Assembly: GCA_020891255.1 (NCBI GenBank)
Contig: BQFW01000001.1
Span: forward strand, 2,666,001-2,730,000
Source: Entomortierella parvispora E1425
Taxonomy: Eukaryota; Fungi; Mortierellomycota
Direction of reading: 5' to 3'
DNA length: 64,000 bases
This document shows, piece by piece, positions 1-10,529 of this stretch. Under the pieces are notes generated by a model that was given only the letters and a program-made list of their open reading frames with translations, searched no databases and had not been told where the DNA came from. The first letter of the stretch is position 1; every line of letters starts with the position of its first letter. Made by a program: the position numbers and the translations under genes.

Positions 1-15
1 TTTCATGTTTCTTGC

Positions 16-1125
16 CCTGGCAACAGGGAACAGAAGCGTGATTTGCAGCTTGCGGTTCAACTGCCGTTTTCTGGTGACAGAATCCAAAAGAAGGACTGGA
101 GGCTTGCGAGCTGTGCCGTCGTGTCCTGGCAACGGGAAACAAAGCATGGTGGGCCCTTTTTTTTTATCCCATTATAGTCCATGTATGTTTCGCGCTGTGG
201 CTATCAAACTCCGCGTGTCCGTTTCTGTTCACGCTGCCTTGGGTGTCTCTTGAGATGCCCTTGGTTCCCCTCTTTGTGGCTGTCATTCATCACGGAAGGT
301 GTTGGGGGCTTAGCCGTTCTGGCGATAATTACAAAGAGTTGAGAGGGTCCCTGAGACGAATCCTTTATGGAACCAGTCTCATACCATCGAAATCGTGGTG
401 CACTCCTAGGACCCGTAGTTAGATTGAGGAGGACTCCGGCTACCCTAGGCCCTAGTCTCCTGCACACAAGGACCAACGTAGCAACTCTTTCCGGCAACGG
501 TTAAATCGATCGTCTCGGTTGGTCGAGCCGAGACGTGCCCTGGCAACGGGGCGCCTATTGGCAATACCATTTTAGTCCTGCGTTTGCACTCCCAAACCTG
601 AACGTGGGCTAACAACCGTATGATGCAGCAGGATTACCGCCTCGAAGATCGAAGCGTCGTATCATACACCCATATACTAGCAGCCCTTTTCTGGCACTGG
701 ATGACCGTGTCAGCGATCGAAGCGTATATATGGTTGCGCGCACTCCCTCTTCCACCCAGTCCTTCAACAGGACCGTGGATACATTTTTTTTTTCAAAGTC
801 CTTTTGGCAGTTTGGGTTGCTGAGCTCTGGCAACAGAAATCGGCAACTTGTTCTTGTCAAGATGACTTTAAAGATCTCACGTCTTTCCGTTGGGGAGTTT
901 GGGAAGTGAAACGTGGTCTTTACCCGTCTAGATCGTGAAGGCGCCTTCCTTGGGGATAGAAAGTGTGTTGATCTAGAACCCAGCAAAGCTCTCTGTCATT
1001 TATTTCGGCATTTTGTGCAGATTTCGAAAGGCGGACTATGAGCTGTGGGTCCGAATCTGTCTCTTGTTCTTCTGGGACCGGAAGCAGTGAAACTCCTCTA
1101 GAGTTCTTGCGTCAATCCTGGCAAC
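16..1125 (+). repeat. Cluster of co-oriented CCTGGCAAC motifs (RFX X-box-like half sites or transposon subterminal repeats)
   Basis: Exact CCTGGCAAC at 16, 125, 539 and 1117; variants CCGGCAAC at 491 and CTGGCAAC at 827. The first copy reads CTTGCCCTGGCAAC, 12/14 identical to the X-box palindrome GTTGCCATGGCAAC. Confidence 0.6.
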
Positions 1126-1991
1126 GGGAAGTGCAACGTGGTGTTTGTCTATGATTGTTGGGATTGAGTGGAGCAAGAGCAACAGCTGTCTGAATGCTTG
1201 CTATCTGACTGATGATTGACTTTGTACTATGGACTACTCACCTCTTAACCCATTTTGGGCAGGGACTCTGGGCGGCTACTGGATGATTGGATCCGGCGGC
1301 CATGACAATGCAAGAACAGTTGGCTGAGGCGGAGGAGGTTAGGGATGGCGGGTGGGTCTTCCTTCTGCTCTCAGCGGGATCTTTCTGGCACAAGCGAGGA
1401 TACTGGACACAAGAAGACCATGCACAGAAGCAGAGCCCTAGAGGACCAGGTATAGGCAGCCTCACTCGAGCAGACGACACAGCAAAACAGAACAGAGCAG
1501 ACCATGCACCAGGCACTCCATCAAAGCCGAGAAGCAGAACTGTAGTGGACCACACATCGACAGCCTCACTCGAGCAGATGACACAACAAAACATAGTCAA
1601 AGCTGACCATGGATCAAGCAGACGATCCATCAAGTAGAATCCAGGCGGATCGCTCAAAGCCGAGTGTGGGCAAGAGAGACTTCCTGTTCTCCCTTGAGAG
1701 AAGTGAGTGAACCGACAACAGATCATGATAGCTCATTTTTTCCCAACTGAAGAAATAAAAACATCCGAGTTCAAACACCAAGAACTTTTGCCTGATCCAT
1801 AATAACACACAGGTTGCTTGATGCTTGATGTCTGCCAGCCCTTCCATCCTTTGTAACATGCACATCAGGAACCCCCAGATATCGGCGACAATTGTACCTT
1901 CCTCGTTGTTTTCCTCTTTGGATCTCTTTGTTTACCCTGTTGGGTCTTGTCTCCCCATGATGCAGTTCCTCTCGAACCTGGACCGACGCAC

Positions 1992-2070
1992 TGCAATGTT
2001 TGTGGGAGATTTCGACTCTTTCAAGTGGGCTTTGGTCATCAAAACACCAAAAAAAAAAAAAAAAAAAAAA
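1992..2070 (-). promoter_or_regulatory. Orphan copy of the upstream element shared by the F-box array genes
   Basis: TGCAATGTTTGT...CC(A)n on the + strand also occurs at 4172, 10088 (1 mismatch), 10939 and 13148. The 1992 and 10939 copies share GGG[AG]GATT(T)CGACTCTTTCAAGTGG. Confidence 0.55.
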
Positions 2071-2286
2071 AAGTCGAGAGGAGTAGAAAAAGGTCCACAC
2101 GTCCAAGAAACTGATGGGAGAACATTCATTACATATACTCGTCAATGTTCCAATAGCATCAACAGATTCACTGTTGCTTCTAATCGACAATCCTCCCCCC
2201 CCCCCCCCCCAATATCAAACGGGCCCCCACCGACAATTGGATAGGGCCATGTTCCTCTTTTTTTTATTTTTTTATTTTTTTTTGGT

Positions 2287-4038
2287 TCATATGAGGACAG
2301 AAACTACTGTGTCAGAGCTGCCTTTGTAAACCATTTGCAAGTGGCTCAGGAACCGAAACTTGAATAGCAGAGTCTTTTTCCACTTCTCAATTGCCGAGCT
2401 ATCCCCGTGTTGGTATGACAGGTGTGAGCGCTTCAGCTTCAGTCGTTCTAGACATGGACGTTCCGTCATCCTGTAATCCGTCCAAACGCTTGACGATGAT
2501 GAGGATTGAGAGATACCGTTGCCATGCTCCTCGCGGCCCAATCCATCAAACAGAGAAAGGTCCATAAGTGGCTGCAAGATTTCAAAATCTACCAGGCAAG
2601 GCAGTGATTGAAGGGCGCATCGAAAATCTTCCGTGGCTGTTATGCTGTCTAGGCACAGACGCGTCAACGTTGCTGCCCAGGCGACTCCCTTGGCTGTAGA
2701 CGGTTTAAAGCTAGGATCCGTTTTCTTTTTCGAGAACAGTGCATGGTACGGTATCATGGCTGCGATGTCGCTGCTATCCATGGAGGGAGTTCTGATCTCA
2801 AGAACCTCCAAACTCGCACAAAAACTGGTCCGCAGTATTTGCAGGGCCAGACTTTTGTCCTTTGTGTAGATCGCAAGGTCCCCCACAGTAACAGATTGAT
2901 CACAAAAGAATGTCACAACGTCCAAGTCCTCACGGAGGCCCCAGTGGGTCAGGCGAAGGCCTGAATGGCTTTGAATCCAAGACCGCGTTAAAGGACATCG
3001 ATCCCAATTGTGGACCCCGGCATATCGAATGTTGAATGTTGACAAACGAGGCATGAGCAAACTGATGCTCTTAATCTCCGCGGGGGAGAGTGGAGATATC
3101 GAGGTTAAGTGCGAGTACCCTGGGAGGTAGGCCCTGTTATCGATCTTCAAAAACTCGACGTTGTGAAAGAGATTCATCATGGCTACCTTTAGTTCATCAG
3201 GGTTGTTTGGGAATAGAAAGTCATATGTCAATCTCTTGATTTTGGATGACACTTGTGGTTGGGGTGTCTGCACTCCGGTGAAGCGGAAGCCCTCAATCTT
3301 AAGTGCCTCGAGCGCTTGGAGGCTGTTGGGCCCACCTTGAAAGAGCTCTTGGAAGACCCCCCAAGATACCTCTCTCCGATGGTCCCCCCCGGTCACGGAA
3401 AGCGAGCGCAGTGATTTGGCAACACAGCTGCGACCCAATCGCGTGAAAAAACTATCAAGACTGGCGGGTGTTCTGACTCCGACCGTAACTCTCAAAGACT
3501 CTAACCGACAGAGCATGGGCCCTTTCAGCGGCAGCAGGTCCCATCGACTCCAATTTTTTTGTTCTGGTATGAGATTTTGGCCATAGCCAGGGCAGAGACA
3601 CAGGGGAAACCATATCGCCATGGCAGTACAAGACGACTTTAAGGGAGGGGATCGTGGAGCAGACGGGTCGTCGCGCTTGGATATTTCCGAGATGGTGAGA
3701 TGTCGGAGGTTGTGGAGTTGATTCAAGAGAATAAAGCCCTCGGGATCAAGTGTGGAGAAGCGATGGTAATGATCCCCCAGAATGGCGAGAGATTGGATTT
3801 GATCTAGCGGACTCCTCTGACGCTTCGACTTTGAAGAAGCCTGTATCATGGCCTTGAAGTCGTTGTATCTTCGTTCATTGTTGAGGTTCAGTGTGATGGA
3901 GAAGAAGGGTACACTAAGCTCACGAAAGTCTCTGCTGACGAGCCGAAGTCTGTGGAAAGATTTTTTATCGAGAAACTGGACGATGACCTTGAAGAGTTCA
4001 GGGAGGCGGAAGACGACGGTCCAGGGCTTTTCTGCCAT
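2287..4038 (-). CDS. F-box-like/LRR (RNI-like) protein, array copy A, intact, about 583 aa
   Basis: Starts MAEKPWTVVFRLPELFKVIVQFLDKKSFHRLRLVSRDFREL (F-box-like), followed by LxxLxL repeats and the C-terminal family motif TERPCLERL...FKFRFL. ATG at 4038 chosen by paralog alignment; intronless. Confidence 0.85.
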   Translation of the reverse strand: MAEKPWTVVFRLPELFKVIVQFLDKKSFHRLRLVSRDFRELSVPFFSITLNLNNERRYNDFKAMIQASSKSKRQRSPLDQIQSLAILGDHYHRFSTLDPEGFILLNQLHNLRHLTISEISKRDDPSAPRSPPLKSSCTAMAIWFPLCLCPGYGQNLIPEQKNWSRWDLLPLKGPMLCRLESLRVTVGVRTPASLDSFFTRLGRSCVAKSLRSLSVTGGDHRREVSWGVFQELFQGGPNSLQALEALKIEGFRFTGVQTPQPQVSSKIKRLTYDFLFPNNPDELKVAMMNLFHNVEFLKIDNRAYLPGYSHLTSISPLSPAEIKSISLLMPRLSTFNIRYAGVHNWDRCPLTRSWIQSHSGLRLTHWGLREDLDVVTFFCDQSVTVGDLAIYTKDKSLALQILRTSFCASLEVLEIRTPSMDSSDIAAMIPYHALFSKKKTDPSFKPSTAKGVAWAATLTRLCLDSITATEDFRCALQSLPCLVDFEILQPLMDLSLFDGLGREEHGNGISQSSSSSSVWTDYRMTERPCLERLKLKRSHLSYQHGDSSAIEKWKKTLLFKFRFLSHLQMVYKGSSDTVVSVLI

Positions 4039-4500
4039 GATGGTAGAGCGGGCATCAAGGGGCACGGAGGAGGGAACCCTACGTACGAGTGCGGTGTATG
4101 TGGAGCGTGGGTAAGGGGAGGAGAAACAAAGAAAGAAGAGTGTGGGTGTGTGTTTTCTTTGTGTGCGGCACTGCAATGTTTGTCAGATTTGGACTTTCTC
4201 GGACAGGTCAAATCTGGGTCATGGATGCCAAAAAAAAAAAAAAAAAAAAAAAAACACACGCGAGAAGAGCAAAGAGAGTCCATGCGCCAAAGAAACTGGG
4301 TACAGAATGCTCATAAATGATTTAAGAAGCGCCAATAGGTCCATATTTGTCCTCTGAACGACCTTTCCCCACGGTTGTACGGGTTCCCCTTGGTAACCAT
4401 GAATGGTTGGATCTCTTCATCGAACAACCCATTACATCCCATGAAGGCTACTTTTTTTGTTAATTTTTTTTATTTTTGAAAGTAAAGTGGTTGGACGAGG

Positions 4501-6344
4501 TCAAATGTCAATATACACGAATACATCTCTGGATGGGTGCCCTTCTTCAGAAAAACAACCTGGATGGGCTCTGTGGACCATGGTCAACTGACGCAGGAAT
4601 CTAAACTTGAATAAAAGAGCCTGCCTCCACTCTTCAATGGCCGATTGATCCCCGTATTTGTATGACAGGTTCGAACGCTTAATTCTCAATCGTTCAAGAC
4701 ACGGTCGTTCCACCATCCTGTAATCTGTCCAAAATCTTGACAATGACGACGACGGTGATGATGAGGATGATCGAGGATGACCGCCCTCAGGAATGTGAAC
4801 AGTGACTGGTCCCTGGCGACCCAGCCCCTCAAAGAGGTCAAGGTTCATGAGATACTCATGAATCTCGAGATCAATTAGACATGGCATGGATTGAAGGAGA
4901 CGCCGAAAATCAGGTGTATTGACCACGTTGAAAAGACTTAGTCTTGTCAGAGTGGCTGTCCATGGTGCCAGCGGCCGGTCGCCTTGTTTCAGATTTGGTT
5001 GTAATGTTCCGTCTGCGGAAAAGTCATGGCCCATCGCCATGTTGGTGATGTCAGAACTGCTGATGTCAGAACTGTCGATGCTATAACTTCCAACTTCGAG
5101 AATCTCCAAGCTCGCGCAAAAGCTGGACGTACGTTGTAGAGTTGATATTTGTCGCTCATGTGGACCGTAAGGTGCGCCAAGGTTACGAAACTTTCACATA
5201 GGAAGGTGACAGGATCTTGGCCTGAGCGGAGACGTAAGAAGGAGAGGCGAAGACCTGGATGACCTTGGATCCATGGTTGCCATAAGGGGAGTCGAGACAA
5301 GGCATACACGTCCTCCTCTCGAAACTCGCATGTTTTCAGTTGGGGGAAGAGAGAATTCAAACGCCGTATTTCAGCTTCGAGGGATGAACGCCGGGGCTTT
5401 GTTCGGGGGTGAGTAGTCCAGGAGAGTTCTCATATTCGCGCCGGCCAAGTTCTCAACGTTGGGAAAAAGATCCAGTACTGTCAACAGGAGCTGCTTGTTG
5501 TTCCCGAATAGACCATTGAACGTCAATCTCCTGACCTTTGATGGAACTTGTTGTGGCTGTGTCAGATGCTGGGTGTTAAGGTAGGACTCCTCGATTTCAT
5601 CTATCCTGAGGCCTGTAATCTCGAGAGATTCGAGAGCTTGAAGACTGTTAGCTCCCCCTTCGAAAAGCTCCCGAAAGACCTCCCACGACACCAACCTCGG
5701 TACCATCCAATCTCCAGTGAGCACCAGTGATCGCAGTGTTTTGGATACGCAGCTATAACTCAATCGCCCGAAGAATCTGTCAAGTCGTTCGGGCGTTCTG
5801 ACACCCATTCTGGCCACCAAGGATTCCAACCGATAGAGAAATGATCCCTCCAACGGCAACAGGTCCCAACAGCACTTTCTGAGAGAAGGCCATGATCATG
5901 ACCATGGCCGAAGCACATGGAAACCCAGATCAACATCGCCGGGTACATGGGCTTTGTTGGTGGATAGTGTTCACGTTCATACCCGTACATATCCGCAATT
6001 TCGATACGCCGAAGGTTCCGAAGTTGGTTCAAGAGGACACGCCCCCGAAGTTCAAGCAAGGAGAATGAATGAAAACGGCCGCCTGGAATATAAAGAGAAT
6101 GGATCTGATCGAGTGGATTCCTTGGGCCCTTCGCCTGCCAAGAAACGTCGATCAGGCGCTTGAAGTCCGTGTACCGTCGTTCTTGGTGCAAGCTCAGTGT
6201 GATGGAGAAGACGGGTACACAGAGCTCATGAAAGTCTTTGCTGACGAGTCGAAGTCTGCGGAGAGATTTTTTATCGAGATATTGAACAATGGCTGTGGAA
6301 AGTTCTGAGAGTCAGAGAACGACAGTCCAGGGGTTTTCAGTCAT
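4501..6344 (-). pseudogene. F-box/LRR array copy B, disrupted
   Basis: MTENPWTVVL*LSEL has an in-frame TGA at codon 11 where paralogs have R. Homology then continues through ORFs 5760-6191, 5371-5859, 4989-5360 and 4501-5109, requiring three frameshifts (about 5880, 5385, 5135). Confidence 0.85.
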
Positions 6345-6597
6345 TTGGATGCAAATAGTAGAAGGTCAAGGAGGACAATACACAAGTGGAGGTACGAAGG
6401 GGGGAAGGAGAAGGGAAATGGAGAGAGACTGAAAGACAGAACGAAGAGGGAAGGAGAGAACAGTATTGATCTCTGAGTGAGGCAGTGTAAAAAAAAAAAA
6501 AAAAAAAGGCCACAGAGGACCACGCAAGAAATCGCCATGCCTCTCTCTGTCTGACTTTTTTTTTTCTTGTTGCTACGGGAGAAGTTGGTGGGAACGA

Positions 6598-6815
6598 TTA
6601 GGGACTAACAGAGATGACTACAGCATCAGGACCAAGCCCAAGATGGTGACCATGGTGGGTTTGGTAGACCACCATGTGCAAGTTTCTCAGAAAGCGAATC
6701 TTGTAGAGCAGAGCCTGCTTCCACTCGTCAATTGCCGATGTTTGATCTTGGTATTGGTATGAATGGCGCGAGCGACGAAGGTTCAAATGTTCTAGACACG
6801 GGCGTTCTGTCACTC
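6598..6815 (-). pseudogene. F-box/LRR array copy C, 3-prime remnant only
   Basis: TERPCLEHLNLRRSRHSYQYQDQTSAIDEWKQALLYKIRFLRNLHMVVY matches the family C-terminus. It begins about 35 bp after the stop codon of copy D. Confidence 0.8.
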
Positions 6816-6849
6816 CCTTTATTTTCAAACTCGGATTCGTGGGACGAGT

Positions 6850-8739
6850 TCAAATAGCAATAGACACGATTATATCTCTGGATTCGTACCGTCCTTCAGA
6901 AAAGCATTTAGGATGGGCTTTGTACACCATATGTAAATCACTCAGGAACCGGAACTTGAAAAACAGGGCCTGCTTCCACTCCTCAATTGCTGATTGATCC
7001 TGGAATTGATACGACAGTTGCGATCGTTGCAGTCGTAATCGTTCCAGGCAAGGACGCTCTGTCATCCTGTAATTTGTCCAAAACATAGAGGACAGCGACA
7101 CCAATGAAGTAGGAGAAAGACCATTGTCCTTTGTGCAGATGGTGTCTTGCCTCTCACGACCCAATCCATCAAACAAAGAAAGGCTCATGAGTGGTTCTAG
7201 AACCTCGAAGTCGACCAGGCATGGCATGGACAGCAGAGCGCGTCGAAAATCGGCCATTGCTGTCACGTTGTCAAGGCACAATCGCGTCAGAGTTGCGGCC
7301 CAAGGGACTGGCGGTCGTGTAGTTCCTTGAAAGCTCTGATCCATACTCACGTCTGAGAACAACCTCTGACCCAGCACTATGGCTATGATGATCTCACTGG
7401 TGCCAATTGAAGGAGTTCGAACCTCAAGGACCTCCAAGCTCGAACAAAGACTGGATAACAACATGTAGCGGACCTGCTCTTTGCTCTTTGTACAAATTGC
7501 AAGCTTCTCCAATGTTATAAAATGTTCGCAAAAGAAGGTAATTGGTTCCCTCCACAGAAATATATCTGGATCGTGGAGATCCCAGGAGGCAAGGCGAATA
7601 CCCGGATGACTTTGAATCCAAGGCCGCAATATGGGTGATATATCCCAATTACGGGTACCGGCGATTCGAAGGTTGAATGCTCTCAATCGAGGAAAGAGCA
7701 GACTCAGATGGTTGACCACTGATTTTGGGGTGAGGGAGGATGCCGTGCTGCATGGATACTCTGGAAGACTTGACCTACTCTCAAGCATCAAATCTTCGAC
7801 GTTAGGAAAGAGATTCATGACCGCCAACTTGAGCTCCTGGTTTGTAAATCGATAGTCGAAGGTCAGCTTCTTGACTTTAGATGGCGCTGGATGCAGCTGT
7901 TGCTGTAGCAGTTGTTGTTGTTGTTGTTGTAGCTGTATCTGCTGCTGGAGATCCAGGCCAGTGTCCTGGAATCCAGTGATTGTTAGGCCGTCGATCTCAA
8001 GAGTCTCGAGCTCTTGTAGACTACCATGTCCACCCTGGAAGAGATCTCGAAAGACGTTCCATGATACCTTCCTTGGGGCGTGCCAGTAACCGATCACTGC
8101 AAGCGATCGGAGAGATTTGGAAACACGGCTACGGCCCAGTCTTGTGAAGAATCTGTCAAGGCTAGCTGGCGTTTTGGACCCTACTACGACCCTCAAGGAT
8201 TCTAACCGAGGCAGTGTTGACCCCTCCAATGGCAACAGTTCCCATCGGCTCCATTGTTCTTTTTCAGTCTTTCGGCTTCTCCATTGTTCTTTTTCAGTCT
8301 TTCGGCCTCGGGTGGGACAAGAACACAGGGGAGACCATATAACCATGGCCGGGTATGACGCTTTTTCCTGTGAATACCCTTCTTCGCATCCAACCAATTC
8401 CAGGACCGTCAGATGCCGAAGATTCCGGAGCTTGTTCAAATAAGGAGCGAGATTGGAAAATGAATGGTAATGGCCGCTTAGAATGAAAAGAGACTGGATC
8501 TTATCCAGAGGATTCCTTTTCCATTTTGGCCTTGAAGCAGCGCTGATCAGGGTTTGGAAGTCCTTATACCGCCGTTCAGACCCGAGGTTCAACGTGATAG
8601 AGAAAAAGGGTGCAATAAGGTCCTCAAAGTCTTTGCAGACGAGTCGAAGTCTGTGGAGAGATCTTTTATCAAGGTGCTCGAGGACGGCTTCAAAAAGCTC
8701 TGGGATGCGAAAAGCCACAGTCCAGGGTTTTTCTGTCAT
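6850..8739 (-). CDS. F-box-like/LRR protein, array copy D, intact, about 629 aa
   Basis: MTEKPWTVAFRIPELFEAVLEHLDKRSLHRLRLVCKDF; full-length paralog of A with a polyQ tract and a 10-aa tandem duplication. ATG at 8739 chosen by homology. Confidence 0.85.
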   Translation of the reverse strand: MTEKPWTVAFRIPELFEAVLEHLDKRSLHRLRLVCKDFEDLIAPFFSITLNLGSERRYKDFQTLISAASRPKWKRNPLDKIQSLFILSGHYHSFSNLAPYLNKLRNLRHLTVLELVGCEEGYSQEKASYPAMVIWSPLCSCPTRGRKTEKEQWRSRKTEKEQWSRWELLPLEGSTLPRLESLRVVVGSKTPASLDRFFTRLGRSRVSKSLRSLAVIGYWHAPRKVSWNVFRDLFQGGHGSLQELETLEIDGLTITGFQDTGLDLQQQIQLQQQQQQLLQQQLHPAPSKVKKLTFDYRFTNQELKLAVMNLFPNVEDLMLESRSSLPEYPCSTASSLTPKSVVNHLSLLFPRLRAFNLRIAGTRNWDISPILRPWIQSHPGIRLASWDLHDPDIFLWREPITFFCEHFITLEKLAICTKSKEQVRYMLLSSLCSSLEVLEVRTPSIGTSEIIIAIVLGQRLFSDVSMDQSFQGTTRPPVPWAATLTRLCLDNVTAMADFRRALLSMPCLVDFEVLEPLMSLSLFDGLGRERQDTICTKDNGLSPTSLVSLSSMFWTNYRMTERPCLERLRLQRSQLSYQFQDQSAIEEWKQALFFKFRFLSDLHMVYKAHPKCFSEGRYESRDIIVSIAI

Positions 8740-9257
8740 GTCAACAACGGGGGTATCAAAGAGTGCGAAAGGCGAGAGAAGTATGTGAGGTGTATGAATT
8801 GCAATCAAGAAAGAGAGAAGACAGAGAAAGAGAGGTGAGTGGGGGAGAGAGAAGGAGAGAGTGGGAAAAGAGAAAGAGAGACGGAAAAAATAAAGAAAGA
8901 GGGAAATGAGAAAGAGGTCCGGGAATAAAATCGTCCGTGTGGGCAAGCGTGAGGAGATGAAAAGGAGAGAATCGTTTTTTTCTCTGCATGGGGCAGTGCA
9001 AAATGTCGTGGGAGAACCGGAGAAAAAAAAGCAGGCAAACGGGAGTGAGTCGTGTTTATTGGTAATGGTCGAAAAGAGTCTTCTGCTGCAGATCTGTTGA
9101 TAGCGTACACAATTTAGATATTGCCACTGCCGCTGCTCCATTAAGTCAACGATGCAACGCTTGCGAGGTTGACAGCAAGGCTCCCGGTTCCTATCCAGAT
9201 TTTTGGCCTGTTTGAGAAACCGTCCAAGAGGGTGTGGCGCGAGCATGGGTGCTGAGA

Positions 9258-9410
9258 CCTGACTGATAGAGAACGTGGCGGCGAACAGGGACGCAGGGTC
9301 CCGACTGTAATGGTGTCTGAGGGCGAATAGGGATGCTGGGTCCTGACTGACTGGGAACGTGGTGGCGAAAAGGGGTGCCGAATCCCGACTGTAATAAGGT
9401 TTGAGGATCG
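9258..9410. repeat. Degenerate tandem repeat, 4 x 42 bp (2 x 84 bp)
   Basis: CC[T/C]GACTG at 9258, 9300, 9342 and 9384. Alternate units pair up (CCTGACTGA...GAACGTGG[CT]GGCGAA and CCCGACTGTAAT). Confidence 0.75.
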
Positions 9411-9494
9411 ACAGGACGGAAATGAAATGAAAGGGGTCAAAGACGTCCTTTGTGCTGACCTGCCCTCTACGCAAGGAGACGTTCCATATCTCCC

Positions 9495-9962
9495 TCAAAA
9501 GAAACTGCCCAGTTCGTTTTCGTTTGAGGGGTTGCGCAAGGAGGAAAGCCCTCCGCTTCGGAGCACATGATTACGTCCTCGAAAGAGCACTCGATGTTCC
9601 AGAGTGATTTTCGAGATGGAGAGATGCCGAATGTTCTGGAGTTGATTCAAGACAACGCCTCCCTTTGGATCGAGCATCGAGAATTGAGAATGAGGGAAAC
9701 CTGTGATTACGACTGACTGGATCTGATCCAAGGGATTACAGCCTCCGTTTGTTGTCGAAGCAGCTTCCAGTAGGGCTTTCAGGCACTCACACCGTTCTAC
9801 ATGACCGACGTTCAGTGTGATAGAGAAGTAGGGTGCGCAGACGTTATGAAAGGCCCTGCAAACGAGCCGTAAACTATGGATGGATTTTGGATCGAGATGC
9901 TGGGCAACGACTTCAAAGAGTTCTGGGAGTCGAAAAACGACAATCCATGGCCTTTCTGCCAT
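9495..9962 (-). pseudogene. F-box/LRR array copy E, 3-prime-truncated duplicate of copy F (about 120 homologous codons plus an unrelated tail)
   Basis: 9602-10054 is identical to 12662-13114 (offset 3060). The frame then runs into the unrelated LEHRVLF...GSFF*. Confidence 0.85.
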
Positions 9963-10140
9963 GGTAGGCGTCGATTTAGAATATCGGGGAAGTCGAGGGT
10001 ACAAGAGGTGCGGGTGTGTTGGAGAGAAAGAAGGGGTGATGGTGTATCCCTTGGTGGGTCTGTTGTTTTGAAGGATGAGTGTGGCAATGCAAAGTTTGTT
10101 GGTCATGTCGATCCCCTGGTGCGGACTCGGACCATTCCCC

Positions 10141-10172
<32 letters not shown>

Positions 10173-10266
10173 AGATCGATTGCACAGTACGCGTCGCAAA
10201 TTGGTTCTCCCGTCCAATGCCTGGAGCCCTTTATTTTTCAAAAAAAAAAAAATCATTGGCGCGACT

Positions 10267-10352
10267 TCAAAGGACCACAAACACAACCCTACCGCTGCTA
10301 CTCCTATCGGGGTGGTCTTTGTAGACCATGCAGCAGGAACGGAAACTTGAAC
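10267..10352 (-). pseudogene. Short 3-prime remnant of another F-box/LRR copy
   Basis: Reverse strand reads FKFPFL (frameshift) MVYKDHPDRSSSGRVVFVVL*, matching FKFRFLxxLxMVYK...V* of copies A and D. Confidence 0.65.
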
Positions 10353-10518
10353 ATTGTGTATGTCCTTGTGTATAACCTGGGCTTTCTGTTCTCAATGTTG
10401 GGACGTGGTATCTTTTATGTCTGTATCGGTCTTCTTTGCTTGTCATGGAAGTGGTTCAACATTGTGGCTGGGTGCCTTATTATGACCGCTGGTCTTTTTT
10501 ACATGGTCATGCATTTCG
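10353..10518 (+). pseudogene. Isolated fragment of a COPI-associated/TVP15-like membrane protein gene
   Basis: YNLGFLFSMLGRGIFYVCIGLLCLSWKWFNIVAGCLIMTAGLFYMVMHF resembles the FLxxxxGRGxFYxxxG signature of the COPI-associated (Tvp15) family. No start or remainder of the gene is visible. Confidence 0.6.
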
Positions 10519-10529
10519 TAGGCGCGACT

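Noticed and set aside
511-535. 10-bp hairpin CGTCTCGGTT-GGTCG-AGCCGAGACG
   Set aside because: Single short stem with no associated terminus or gene; could be chance.
1287-1637. 116-aa ORF containing an about 50-bp direct repeat (1457 and 1561)
   Set aside because: The repeat period of 104 bp is not a multiple of three and the protein has no recognisable features; treated as decayed non-coding sequence.
4039-4176. N-terminal extensions given by the ORF track for copies A, E and F
   Set aside because: Paralogs align only from M[AT]E[KRN]PW, and the extensions run through poly-T promoter sequence.
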